64,000 nucleotides of DNA from Octopus sinensis (lineage: Eukaryota): positions 44,020,001 to 44,084,000 of the forward strand of contig NC_043007.1 in the NCBI RefSeq assembly GCF_006345805.1. The letters run 5' to 3'. The position numbers were made by a program, and so were the translations under genes. Of this stretch, positions 25,657-38,600 are shown piece after piece. The notes beneath the pieces are model-generated. The model searched no databases, had not been told where the DNA came from, and saw only the letters and a list, made by a program, of their open reading frames with translations. The number at the start of each line of letters is the position of its first letter. Position 1 is the stretch's first letter.

Positions 25657-27779
25657 TTATATATCATCATCATCATCGTTTAAAATCCGCTTTCCATGAT
25701 AGCATGGCTTGGACAATTTTGACTGAGGGCTGGCAAACCAGATGGCTGCACCAGGCTCCAATCTTGATCTGGCAGAGTTTCTACAGCTGGATGCCCTTCA
25801 TAATGCCAACCACTCTGAGAATAGTAGAATAAGATATAGAAAGTCCTTAGTAAAGTATTATTTGAAAAAGTGAATACAAATGGCTTTCCTGGTTATTTTT
25901 CCACTTTAATAATTAGATTTTTATAAGAATAGTTGGGTGGAAAAATTATCAGAAAAGCCATTTTTTCTCATTTCTTCAAATATATGTGTATGCACGCATG
26001 CGTGTGTGTGTGTGTGTGTGTGCGTGTGTGTGTAGCCAGAAAATAAACCGGGAAAATTTATTGTAGTTGAATATATTAAACAAATGTAGGTTTGGAGAGC
26101 GGGTGAGTCAAGGACAACAAAAGAAAAGATGGAGTATGTAAAAATGACTAATCCTTGTATATCTGCTGTGTAGGCTTTGTGGTAAGTAGCTTGCTTACCA
26201 GCCACATGGTTCTGGGTTCCGTTCCACTGCTTGGCACCTTGGGCAAATGTCTTCTACTATAGCCTCGGGCTGACCAAAGCCTTGTGAGTGGATTTGGTAG
26301 ACGGAAACTGACAAAACCTGTAGTATATATGTGTGTGTGTGTCTGTGTGTTTACGTCCCCATAACTTAGCGGTTCAGCAAAAAAAAACGATAGAATAAGT
26401 ACTAGGCTTACAAAGAATAAGTCCTGGGGTTGATTTGCTCGACTAAAGGCGGTGCTCCAGCATGGCCACAATCAAATGACTGAAACAAGTAAAAGAGTAA
26501 AAGAGAGTAACAATTGCCAACAAATGGAGGAAGACCCTCTACGCAATCAATCAACGAGCTGGAAATAGCATCCAAATTTCCATCAATTTACATATCTTGC
26601 TTTCTTAAAAATAACTATTGGATAATGTATCCTAGATATGCATAGATTAAAGAAAAAATGGATAGTCACATTTGAAATACATTTGGTCACTTAGGTAGTA
26701 AAATCTGCCAACTACTTCCAGAGAATCTCTAAGTATTTGAAAGTATATATATTTATATATATATATATATACACATGGAACAAAAACGTAATAGAAGGCA
26801 TTAAAACGTTTGGGCAGATAGGTGGTCAAGAGAAACAACAATAAAAAGGACAGGCAAAAAAATACAAGTAATATTTGGCTTTCTTTCATCAGTCAAGTCC
26901 CAGAAGTCATGACCATTTCAGGCAGTTACACATGAAATGGTTCAGTCTGGTTGCCTCCAAAAAAGTCTTAGCTAAGAGCATTAGACCCCTTTGTAAGAAA
27001 GCTAGTGAATGTGTACAGCAACAAGGATATTTATAAAAACCCCTTTGGTCATGAATGACCATGGGATTTCCCCTTCAAAACACAAGTCTGGACAAGGTTG
27101 TTTATGGAAGACCAGCAGTGGTCCATGGATACCAGCCTCCTCTCTCCATACCACCGATGTTATCCAAAGGAAAGGCAAAGACCAATACAGCTTGGCACCA
27201 GTGACATTGCAACTCATTTCTAGTCAAATGAACTGGAGCAACATAAAATAAGGTGTCTTGCTCATGAACTAAACACAGAGTCTGGTCTGGAAATCAAACC
27301 TCACTACCTCATGATTGTAAGCCCAACACTCTAACCACTGAGCCATGTGCCTTCATACATAAAAAGATTTGGATAGCAAACCCTGCAGATGATCAAGTCC
27401 ACATACCTGCCCTGTCAACTTTCTTCCTCCATCCATATTTCATCCCCTAAATCCAAAACACCACTATTGATGGTGCTACATGAAAAGCACTGATGATAGC
27501 ATCATGTACAAAACACTGGTGCTAATGCCATGTAAAAAGCACTGGTAATGATGCCACATAAAAAGCACTGATGGTGTCATGTAAAAGGCACTGGTGATGG
27601 TGCCACATAGAAAGTATCCAGTACATTCTGTAAAGTGGTTAGCATTAGGAAGGGCGTCCCACTGTAGAAACTAAGCCAAAACAGACTATGTAACCTGGTG
27701 CAGCTCTTGTTAAACCATCCAACCCATGCCAGCATGGAAAACAGATGTTAAATGATGATGATGATGATGATGATGATAT

Positions 27780-28400
27780 GATGAACAAAATTCTGAGACT
27801 GGATAATTTCAGCACTGATTTTAATGCCAGCAATGCAGATCTCAATGGCAACATTTGTACAAGACTTTTGCTTACATTTTATCAACTATTAGAAACCACC
27901 ACAATAACAAACTGAATGCACTAATTACATCTTGCTAGTTGTTTGCAAAGATACATCTGAAGCCATTGCTGATACACTTCAGAATATGCCACGCTGAAAA
28001 ATGAAATCGTCTCAAGATATTTGCCAGCAAATTAGAAACAGAGTCTTGTTGAAAGTTTAAATCAATAATTACTGGTGTCAAACTTCTAAACCAAGACTAC
28101 AACTTTCGATCTCAAACAATCAAAGGATATAAGAATGACAGTATTAGAGAAGTCCTCATCAACAGCTTGGATTCTAACAGCATTTGTCAACAGCTTGTCG
28201 GACACAAATCGCATAATCTAGAAATCACTTTCCAACAGGATGAAATATGAGAAATCATGCAAAATCTGTTAGAATCCTATATGAATAGTCTTCAACTAAT
28301 GCAGTATGACCCATCAAAACACAACCAAATTGAAAAAGAAACAAAGACACCAAACTGGGATTCTATAAATATGACTACTTTAGGGCCTAAGTGTTTCTTT
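27780..28400 (+). mobile_element. Probable LTR-retrotransposon (Gypsy-type) gag remnant
   Basis: DSIREVLINSLDSNSICQQLVGHKSHNLEITFQQ resembles the IRDxFIxGLxSxxIRQRLLE gag motif; heavily decayed. Confidence 0.45.
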
Positions 28401-28422
28401 TATGACCTTACCAAGGACTCTA

Positions 28423-30323
28423 CATGGACTGGAAAGTTCATAGGCTGACTATGAAGGAGTGATGCTAGAGCTGTGAAACCTTGCATGCATTAAGTTCGAC
28501 TTCTCTTATTAACAACTGCATTGTTTCCAGTAAACTCACATTTGACTGTTCAAAAAAAACTTCAAAGCTAACTAGTAGTGACTTCTCTTGAAAGTGAACA
28601 AAGTTTGGCATCGTAATGTTATCATGTACCTGCAGAAAAATGGCTTAGCCCCCACAAGAACATTCAAGCTGACATGCTTGCTACATTAGGGGACGATGCT
28701 CCAGTTTTATCAATAGTGCTAAAGTGGGCAGCTGAATTAAGGAGGGAAAGGGAGATTCTTGAAGATGACCCAAGATCTGGACATCCTGAAACTGTCACCA
28801 CCAATGAAAACATTGTGTTCACCACATGATGATGGATGACAGGTGATTGACAATAAATCGAACAGCCCATACTACTAGTATATCCTGTGAGAGAGTTAAG
28901 AATATTCTGCATAATGAACTTGGCATGAAGGTTTCTGCTCAATGGGTGCTTCATCTTCTGACACCAGATCAAAAGTGCACCAGGCTGATCACATCACGGG
29001 AAAATCTGACATTGTTTCAGGCAGATCCAGCTGCTTTCCTTGAATGTTTCCTAATCCATGTGTTAGCCTGAGACAAAGAGACAATCCATAGTGGAAATAC
29101 TCCTCCTCACCTGCTCCAAAGGCCAGGTCGTTTCATCTGGAAAGACCATTTCATGAAGTTGAACACAAGTCCAACCAGGAAAATCATCATAGAAGTGATG
29201 GCCTGTCTTTTGGGATGCAAAAGATGTTGTGTTTATAGACTATTTTTAAAAGAGTCACACCATCAAAGGAGAGTACTATGCCAGCTTGCTGAGGCATTTA
29301 TAAAAAGCTAAATCAAGACCAAACTGCCAGGAAAACTGACAAAAGGGATCTTGTTTCAATAGAACAATGCTCCAGCACACAATGCTCCAGCACACAAATC
29401 CTTACTTTCAGTGGCTACTGTGTGATTGAACTGGTTGATCACCCTCCCTATTCTTCTGATTTCGCCCCATCTGCTATCATCTGTTCACCAACATGAAAAA
29501 ACACTTAGCTGGGAACCAGTACCACAGGGATGATGATGTAAACACTGCTGTTGATGACTTTGTTGATGAAAGCCTCTTCACAAATGGGATCCAAGCACTG
29601 CAATGCCAATGAAAGAAGTGTGTGGACTACAAGGAAGACTATGTTGAAAAATAAACCTCATTTGGTCACATTCCATGAGAGTGTAGTGATACTATAACGG
29701 TGCGCGCGCGCACCGTCCATTTTCTATTTCGCGCGTGTTGGTGCCTTCGCCAAGGCACAGAAAGGAAGGGCCCTCTCGTGCATGCGTGAACCTCCGGAAG
29801 CACGACCCTTTTGCCTACCTGGTGGTTAGCCAAGGTAAGGGGGTCGTAGAACGTTTGACTGCTGCCAGCAGCAGCGGCGACTTGGGACAGCAGCGATTGA
29901 AGGAGACGGTCACGCATATTTTCTCTCCGTTCGAACTTGCTACTAGCAGTCCTTACCAAAAGGCCTTTAACCTGGATTGTTGCAGACATCATCTTCTTCC
30001 TCCGGACGCCATTTTGACCCTTTCTGTTTTGGCGGCTGAACATTGTAAATATTACAATCGATTAACTTTCAGCCTTGCGCGCCCAGAACCAAGGACATCA
30101 GATAACACACTTATTGTTATTGTTACCAAGAAAGAGAATAAAGTAGTTATATATATTTTACGTCTGCGTCTTGTTGTTTCTGACTGGTAGAATTCTGGAT
30201 TATTAAAGCAACGGCTAGTGATTGCTTTCTTGTACCCCGAAAGTACAAGACAAGATATTCACTCACACTAAGCTCGTTACAAGAGTATCTTGGTCAGCCT
30301 ATGAACTTTTCAGCCAACCCTTG
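28423..30323 (+). mobile_element. Decayed mariner (Hsmar/SETMAR-like) transposon, interrupted near its right TIR by a solo LTR
   Basis: EDDPRSGHP, WVLHLLTPDQK, HPPYSSDFAP, KCVDYKEDYVEK. TIR core aaagttcataggctgac (left) and gtcagcctatgaactttt (right); TA flank on the right. Confidence 0.85.
29682..30281 (+). mobile_element. Solo LTR, 600 bp
   Basis: TGTA...TACA termini, 4-bp TSD AGAG (29678..81 and 30282..85), AATAAA at 30137..30142, CpG-rich; removing it restores the mariner 3' end. Confidence 0.88.
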
Positions 30324-30800
30324 TATAAGTGCCTAGTCAAAGACACAAGATACAGCATATACAACAAAATAGGGTTCAATGCTACAGTCTATAAAATGTG
30401 AAGCCTTGTGCATATTGCAGAAATTAATGTTTATATTGTAAAGTGCTTGGTGATAGGAAGAGCATGCAGTATCATAAAATAAAAATCAAGCTGAAAAACA
30501 TGATACATAACAACAACAAGATTAATGGTTTTCTCTGTTGTGATGTGTATTACATAACTAAGGAATACAACAAATGGTGAGATGCTATGCTAGTCAAGGA
30601 CAATCCAAACATTCCAGCATAGAAAAACAGGCATAAAATGAAAATGACAGCAATAATGATAATGTAACAACAATAGAGAGAGAGTGATTGTTTTTTTATT
30701 TCTTTTATTTATTTATCTATTCATTTTTTCCAAATTTATTATTAAATTCTAGATCACAGCTCCATATTACAATCAGATGATTTGCCTGCAGAAATGTCTT

Positions 30801-30839
30801 TCATTGGTCAAGACGTTTTGGCCAGTCAATGTCCACAGA
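30801..30839 (-). CDS. PUS10: PUS10 last coding exon ([12 protein letters not shown])
   Basis: ttctttcag| acceptor, TGA at 30801..30803, AATAAA candidates ~60-110 bp downstream. Confidence 0.9.
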   Translation of the reverse strand, partial: SVDIDWPKRLDQ

Positions 30840-33800
30840 CTGAAAGAAATATAAGAATACAGTAAATAAATCATTGAAATTTAGAAGATATGAGAAAACT
30901 GTGAAGACAACTCATTGAAGTGTAAAGATTAGTTTGTGGAGGCACATGGTTTAGTGGTTAAGGTGTTGCACTCCTAAGTGTAAGATTGTGGTTTCAATTC
31001 TGGGCCAAGCAATACATTGTATTCTTGAGCAAAACATAATTTCCCATTGCTCCCATCCACTCACATGGTAAAAATGAGTAATCTAGAGATGGATCAGCAC
31101 TCCATTGAGGGAAAGGAATATATATTCCATAGAATTGTGGAAACTGGCCTTATGAGCCAGTTTCTTCAGGTCCTCAGGAAATTACCCCAGGAATGACCTT
31201 TGATCCTCTTTTTGAAAGATTAGTTCACTGTTAATAAAATAAATATACCAATTCTGAGTAATATTTATAGTCAAAAAAAGTGAGAGCTATTTCAGATGAC
31301 AATAACAGTCCTGAAACTGGTAGAAATAAATTAAACAGACACATGCATCAATAGCCAAGTGAATTGGAATCCTAATTGTTGCCTTTAGCTTGGAAATAAA
31401 AGTTCCAAGTTCAAATCTAAACTAGAACTATGTACATATTCATGAATAAGAATCTGAGGATGAATTAAAGACTGAACCAATCAAAGCACAGAGTAAATCT
31501 AATTATTGAAAGTATTTATTTTTATAATGTTGAGATTAACAACTTGAAAAAATTGTTATCTTATTAATAACAATGCATTTCAGACATTTGTATATTTAGA
31601 CAAACACAGTGTGTGTGTGTGTTTTGTGTATGCACGTGTGTGTGCGCACGCATATTTACTTGCTGAATTTAAAGGAATGAGCAGATCCTATGACTTTTGC
31701 TGGTCTTTTAAGATAGGTGAGACCGATGCCATTAATATTGGTTTCAAACTCTAGCACAAGGCCAGCAAATTCGGGAAAGTAAGTAAGTTGATTGCATCAA
31801 GCCCAGTACTCAACTGGTACTTATTTTATTGACCCCGAAAGGATGAAAGCAATTTGAACTCAGAATGTAAAGACAAGACAAAATGCTGCTAAGCTTGGCA
31901 TGCTAACGATTCAGCTAGCTTGCCGCCTTGTTTGATGCCATTAATATTACATTTGAATAGCTGCCATGTTTGAAACATGAATTGGGAAGAGATTCTAGAG
32001 GGACAATGTTCAGACTGGGCACAGTAGTTATGACAGGGAAAGTGATGCACCAAGTGGGGGCTAGAGGTGGATATGTGAAATGAGTGGATGGATGGAGTGC
32101 CTGAGTAGTGGAGGAACAAAAGAAGCCAGCTCCAAAGAGCAAAAGCTGTTATGGTTGTTATAGAAAAGGAAGAGGAGATAGCAAGCATGGGGGAAGAGGC
32201 TAGAATGTGTCCACTTGCGATAAAGTACCTATCAGCTGCATGACTCTTCTCTGGACACAATCCAGGATAAGGGTGTGCATGACAGAACACCGTCCTGGAT
32301 GTGGGAACAATACTGCATTGTGGGTTTCACAATGTGTGTGTGTGTGTGCATGCACAAGAACCTATGTCTTCATACTGTCACCATTTGAGCAAAAATGGTA
32401 TCATTTGTTTGTGTTTCTAGTATAAATATATTCCATAGGTCAGAAGCTTCACCATGTGAAGACCAGCAGAATAAAAATACCTTGCTAGAAAAACAAGATT
32501 CATCAAAAGAAAGGACATTAGGCTGCAGAAAATTGCCTCAACACATCTCATCTAACCCATGCTAGCATGCAAAAAGCAGGTGAACAAGAAACAATGGTGA
32601 CAATAATGATCTTCTTATCAGACCTCTAGAAAAACTACATTGTATCTATAAGGAACAGAAAATCAGCAAATCTAGAAGACTGCAGCTAGCAGAAAACAAT
32701 TTCTATGCACACAGCTGGCATAAAGCAGTTTCTATAATATATTTGATAACTTTCAAAAGAACTGGCACCTTAATTTCCAGATAAATCAACTGCAGCAAAA
32801 AATGAATAAAATCTTCATCAAGCTTGTTCTTTAGCTCAAGATACAAAGTCATGAGCTTTAGATCTAAAGTATGACTTCCATAGAGTTTGAAAATTCTTCA
32901 AGCTGCTCTTATAAAATGTATAAACAGCAGATTATGTACAAGGCAGGAGTAACTCAGTTATGTGTAACCTAATACACCTAAGACTGCACAAACTGTAATA
33001 TGCCACTAAGTGATTATTTACAGTTAGTTTTTGAATTCCAATAAGGCAACACTTAGTTGGCCTTACTGGAATTCCATAATGGTGGCTTTCCATAAAAACA
33101 TCACAGTACCATCACACAAAATACATTAAGTTAACTAAAATGAAAATGTGTTCTTACCACAACATCCAGTTCTAAAATATCACAGTCAGTTTTGAAAATG
33201 CAAGACAAATTTGGCTGAGTTCTTCCAAAATCACCATGAACAAATTCTTTCACATAGCTGATAATTTCATTAAAGAAAAAATTCATTTGTTGAGTATGTT
33301 TTTCAAAAATATTCAGAGAATGCTTACAATGGATTTAGTTGTATAAAAATACAATGACAACTTCCCACAAACATCCCTTTTTGCCATCAAATATATTTAT
33401 TCTTAGAACTCTCCTCAAAACAATTTTTCACCCAGTAAATATATTTTATTCAAATTCCAATAAAATCACTTCTTAATAACAACATTTCTATGTTTTGCAT
33501 TCCTCATTTAATTAGGTATGCTAATTAATACATTTAAGTATGCAAGTTAATGTTATCCTAGTAGCAAAACGGGGGGAAGAAATCACAAAAATAAACATTT
33601 TAAAACTGAATTTTTATACTTAAAAAAAATGACATGGCAATCAAAATCCTTTATTAAGGATGTCCACATCTTGACATACTATGAGCAAATCACTTATGAT
33701 TCCTATACTTAAAGGAGGCACTAGGCCTGCAAATTCACAGGGAGCAGGGCACTCGATATTATTGACCCTAATATTTGACTAGTACTTTATCAATGCTGGG

Positions 33801-35596
33801 AGGATGGAAAACAAAGTTGATCCCAGTGGAATCTGAACTCAGAAAGTAATGAGTCAGAAGAAATACTGCTAGGTACAGTATGGCCAAATGATTAAAGTGT
33901 TCTCTTCAAAACCACAAGAACTCAGGTTCAAATGCTATGCATGGTATCTTGGGTAAATGTCATTTTCTGTTACCTCAGATTGATCCATACATTTTGAGTG
34001 GAATTAGGTAGAAGAAAACTGTATAGAAGATCATTGGGTGAAACATACCTATTATTCAGCCTTATAGCATACTGTATTACATTAAGGTCATACATGTCTG
34101 TGGAATACTCAGCTATTAACATGATTTAGGAGCAGACAATTCAGTTGATCAAAGAACTGAATCTTCATCAAACAATGGACATCCAACATTCACACACAAA
34201 GAAACATGGATTACATAACTCCCCCACCACCACCACCACACACACGCTTAGTATGCGAACAGGCACCTTATACCTAGACACATTTTGGAGAAGTAGTACA
34301 GACAATCATATCAATGATAGTACTTGACTAGGTTTACTGTTTTATCAACTTTGAAAGGATATAATTCATCATCATCATCATTTTCCATAGGTTGGAAATG
34401 GCGCAAGATCAGGGTGTCATTGCCGAATCTGATGTTTCAGAGATGCTCCATGAACTGGTCAGCCAAGCAGTGTCCTGTTGACCGGCATATAGAGAAGGGC
34501 AGAAAGAGCAGGAGATGCAGTAAATGACATTGCTAGAAGTGCAGATAAAGGAGTCATTGATAAGATAGGGACGATGATGGGTGCCTGTGAGGATAGTGGT
34601 GTTGGCGAGGTAGGGGCAAGTGCAGCAGCATGGGCGGGAGCAGAGGAACGAGCCAGGTTGTTTTCCATGGGTTGGATGGTTTATCTGGAACTGGTAAACT
34701 GGAGAGTTGCACCAGGGTCCAGTCTATTTTAGCTTAGTTTCTATGGCTGGATGCCCCTCCTAACAGCAGCCACTCCACAAGGTGTAGTGGGTGCTCTTTA
34801 CCTGTCACTGGCACTGGCCACAACTATGATGTCACTTCTCAAGCAAAGCAAATCACCAAAGGTTTCAGTCACTTGTCATCACCTCCATGAGACACAGCAT
34901 CTGAAGATCATACTTCACCATCTCATCCCACATCTTCCTGGGTCTACCTCTTCACAGTTAGAAATCGGCACTTCTTCACAAAGCTGTCTTCATCCATATG
35001 CATCACATTCAGAATATAAAAGGATGCAATGAAATACCACAGAGTATTTTATTTGGTGCTCTACCAATTCTGATAACCCACCCACTATGCACAAAGCAAA
35101 AGTAAAAGGATACGTTCCAGCCTGTGTAGAAAGTTTGAGGCGAAAGTGATTGTCATTCACTTTTGTTGCAGACATGAAGTGAATCAGACGTTTACGAGAT
35201 GCCAGGGGACGCCTGAAATGTAAAATAAAATAAAAAAATTTATCTATTGTTTATTCCAGTTGACATACTTCTACAGCTATTTAAAGACATAAACATCCAC
35301 ATTCAGAAACACATAAAACACACAGACACACACATGAATTTATATCAACTGCTGTAATGCTAGATGTATACAGACATATGCAAAAACACCAATTTTTATA
35401 CATATTTATGGTTTCTGCTGCTTTGCACAAGACTGAGGGGGAAAAAAAATAGTGATATGTTTCCATTTCGTGTGAACAATATATCTTGTAGCTCTATACT
35501 TTTGAAGATTACTGACCAAAAAACCCTCACTTGAAAAACAAAGGTTGCCAGCACAGGAAAATACTAATGAAACAATGGAATGAATATATGCATATA

Positions 35597-35644
<48 letters not shown>

Positions 35645-38600
35645 CATACACACACACACATGAATTAACTTCTGAAATTTTAATATAAATTAAAACTCAT
35701 GAATTTATTTCTTGTGACAAACACTAAACTAAGGTAAAATGCCTCTGTTAGACTTTAAATGAATAAAGCTTCCTGTGATCAATAAGTAGCTCATGTAGAG
35801 AAATTGGTACAATATTGTAGAAACAAATATTAGTATCAATTTGAAGGCATGTGTTCTTTTGTGAAATCAGGAAGTAACTACCAACAAACTAATATGAAGG
35901 GGAGCTGAAAAGTTCCTGGTTTTGAGTAAAAGAAAATAGAGGAGGATCAGTTAATTATGATTTTATTCAACATATTCCCTTCTCACAAACTTATCACAGC
36001 AGTCCTTCAGTTTTTCTAAACTCTGTAAAAGAACTCTGAAAGTTGGGCCTCCAACTTTCACAACACCCTTAAAGCCAGGAACTTTATAGCACCCACTCCT
36101 AAATATGTTAGATCCTGAAGAAGATTGGTCTGGAAAGCAGACAACTCAAGGAAACTACCAAGGAGCTAGATACGGGAGCTAAAACCAGCTCAAGGTGGCT
36201 GTGGTTGACAAAAGAATGCAGATGGAACCCTTTCACAGGTGAAGGCTAATTCACTCCTCAGTGCCCCATTCAAGCTAAGGAGTGAAATGCTTCACCATCA
36301 GAATAGCTTGCACTACATCTGAATAGTTCTGGCAGTTTCTGCATGGAGTAAAGCATCCCTGGTGTTTATTTCACCTACGATTCCAGCACTGTGTGTGGGT
36401 ATGTTTTTCTTTTCTTTCTCAATCTACTACTTCTAATATCTACATCATTTACAAAGTTTTAAGATAATGAAGATGCATTATGAAAATAAACACACTTGAA
36501 AAGAAAGGTAGCAACCTTCATAGAACTTACCTGTGCAGAACTCGGATAGGTGTTTTCTGAAGAATAGCCAAATCCTAGAACCAAAACAAAGGAGTGTCTT
36601 AAGAATTTTCAAGAGATTTACAAAAATCTCTTAGCAATTTCTAAACATATTTATGTTCCTTTAATTAAATGAATTTCTCAAAAGAAAATACAGAAATATG
36701 GATAAAACTCACCTTGTAAGTAGAAAGTGCACTTAGTTGCTCTTCTGTCAGTGGTTTCTGTGACCAGCACAGAGCGGAGTAACTTTTCGTCTTATCAATT
36801 TCTCCCTCCTTCAGATTTCCAATCTCCTCTCTGCAATAACAATGTTGGACAATTAGGGTCAATACATTACAGTGGTTTAATGAAAGGTGAAATGTTAAAT
36901 GAAATCTCAAACTATGCAACCACAATCATTTAGAAATTAAGTATATTCCTTTGTAACCCATCTTCACTGCTCCATAACTCCCCCTCCTCCCATACACACA
37001 CACACACAACACACAGACATGGTTTTGTGTTTAAGAAGTTGCAAACAGGAATTTAAATTAGCCAGTAAACTTAATTTTGATTCTTTAGTTTCATACAGAA
37101 TGCTGCTACTGCCACCAGCATTCATCATTATAGAACATCTACCTTCCATGCTGGGTTGGAAGGTTTGACAGGATCTGACAAGATAGAGGACTGCGTCATG
37201 CTCTAATATCTATGGTATGGTTTCTACAGCTGCATACTCTTCCTAAAGCCATTGGGTACTTTTTTTTGTAGCACCAGTATTAGTGGGGTTACCATGTAAA
37301 TTGCAAGACTAAAAGAACCTCCTCGACATTTTACTTCTTTTTTTTTTGTGTGTGTATTTGTAAATTCATGGCAATGGCAAGATATTTGCCCAAGGTGCCA
37401 CTGCAATGGCATCTAGGGTAAGAGCTTTTTTTACCAAGGCCTCAAGTCAACACAAAATTTGTGAATGGAAATGGGTAGACAGAAACTGAGTGAAAGCATA
37501 ACAGATGGATTTGTACCTGTAATTAAAAGGGTTGGCCTTCTCACCCTGTGTCATGTTGATCCTGCATGAAAATTACATAAGGATACACGAGTCTGTGAAG
37601 TCCTCAAACACATCTACATCAATTCAATGAGGAAGTAGTTGAGTTCCTCAAACAACTAAACACTCATCACTGCAAACAAAGATCATTATATAAATGTTTG
37701 GGTTGGATGATTTTGCAGATTCAGAGAACTGCTGGGGTTGTTATTTTTTTTAATAACAATTAAGTTAATGTTAACATATTTAATGCAAAGATCACAAAAA
37801 AGCTGGTAAGAAAAAATATTTAATTCTTTCAATACCAACCCGGCCGAAACCAGCTCTGTAGTACAAATGTCTTGTTTTCATAAGTTTTGAATTAAAATCT
37901 TCCACCAAACCTTAGTCACAATTTATGTTCCTAACATTAGCTTAAAGATAACTAGGTTATTTTACTAAATTCTTTGTTATATTTAAAATAATTGAAAGAA
38001 ACACAGAGCATCTCAAAATAAATACAGTAATGAAAGGGCTAAGCAGTGAGGAAAGATTACACTAAACAGTGGCTAAATATTTTGTTTGAGGAAGTATGAG
38101 AGATAACTTTGAACATGATTTAGTTTTCTTAGATCTCTTCAATGAATTTCTCATCACTAATTTGAAAGGTAATGATGAGAGAATCACTATATTAATATAG
38201 AATATTGTAGACTGGTGAGTTTAAGAAATTTTTTTTTAAATTCATAAGATAAATTACTGCTAGATGCCACTTGCAGGAGAATACAACAGTTAGTGTTGAC
38301 ATAGCTAATATTCAGAGGATATTCTTTCATCATCACTCTAACGTCCACTTTTTTATGCTTGAATGGGTCAGGTGGAATTTATTGAGGCAGATGCCCTTCC
38401 TGTCACCAACCCTCATTAGTTTCCAAGCAACGTTGATATTTTACCCCCAAGGGTAGACATGTTGTTCATGGAAAACTGGAAATTACTCATGTGACAATAA
38501 CACACATTTACAGTTATCAGACAGAGTCGAGATATACCAACACACACACACACACCTACATATATATGTAGGTGTGTGTGTGTGTGTGTGTGCATATTGA

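Noticed and set aside
26801-26896. Minus-strand UUGA CUGAUGA...AAACGUU UUAA hammerhead-like frame next to a TA tract
   Set aside because: G12 is replaced by C and stem II is not evident; at most a dead relic.
29735-30190. 151-aa ORF and the overlapping 125-aa antisense ORF
   Set aside because: Both lie inside the GC-rich solo LTR, where stops are rare; no recognisable domain.
36106-36150. CUGAAGA AGAUUGGUCUG GAAA motif
   Set aside because: No stem III, cleavage triplet or stem I partner follows GAAA.
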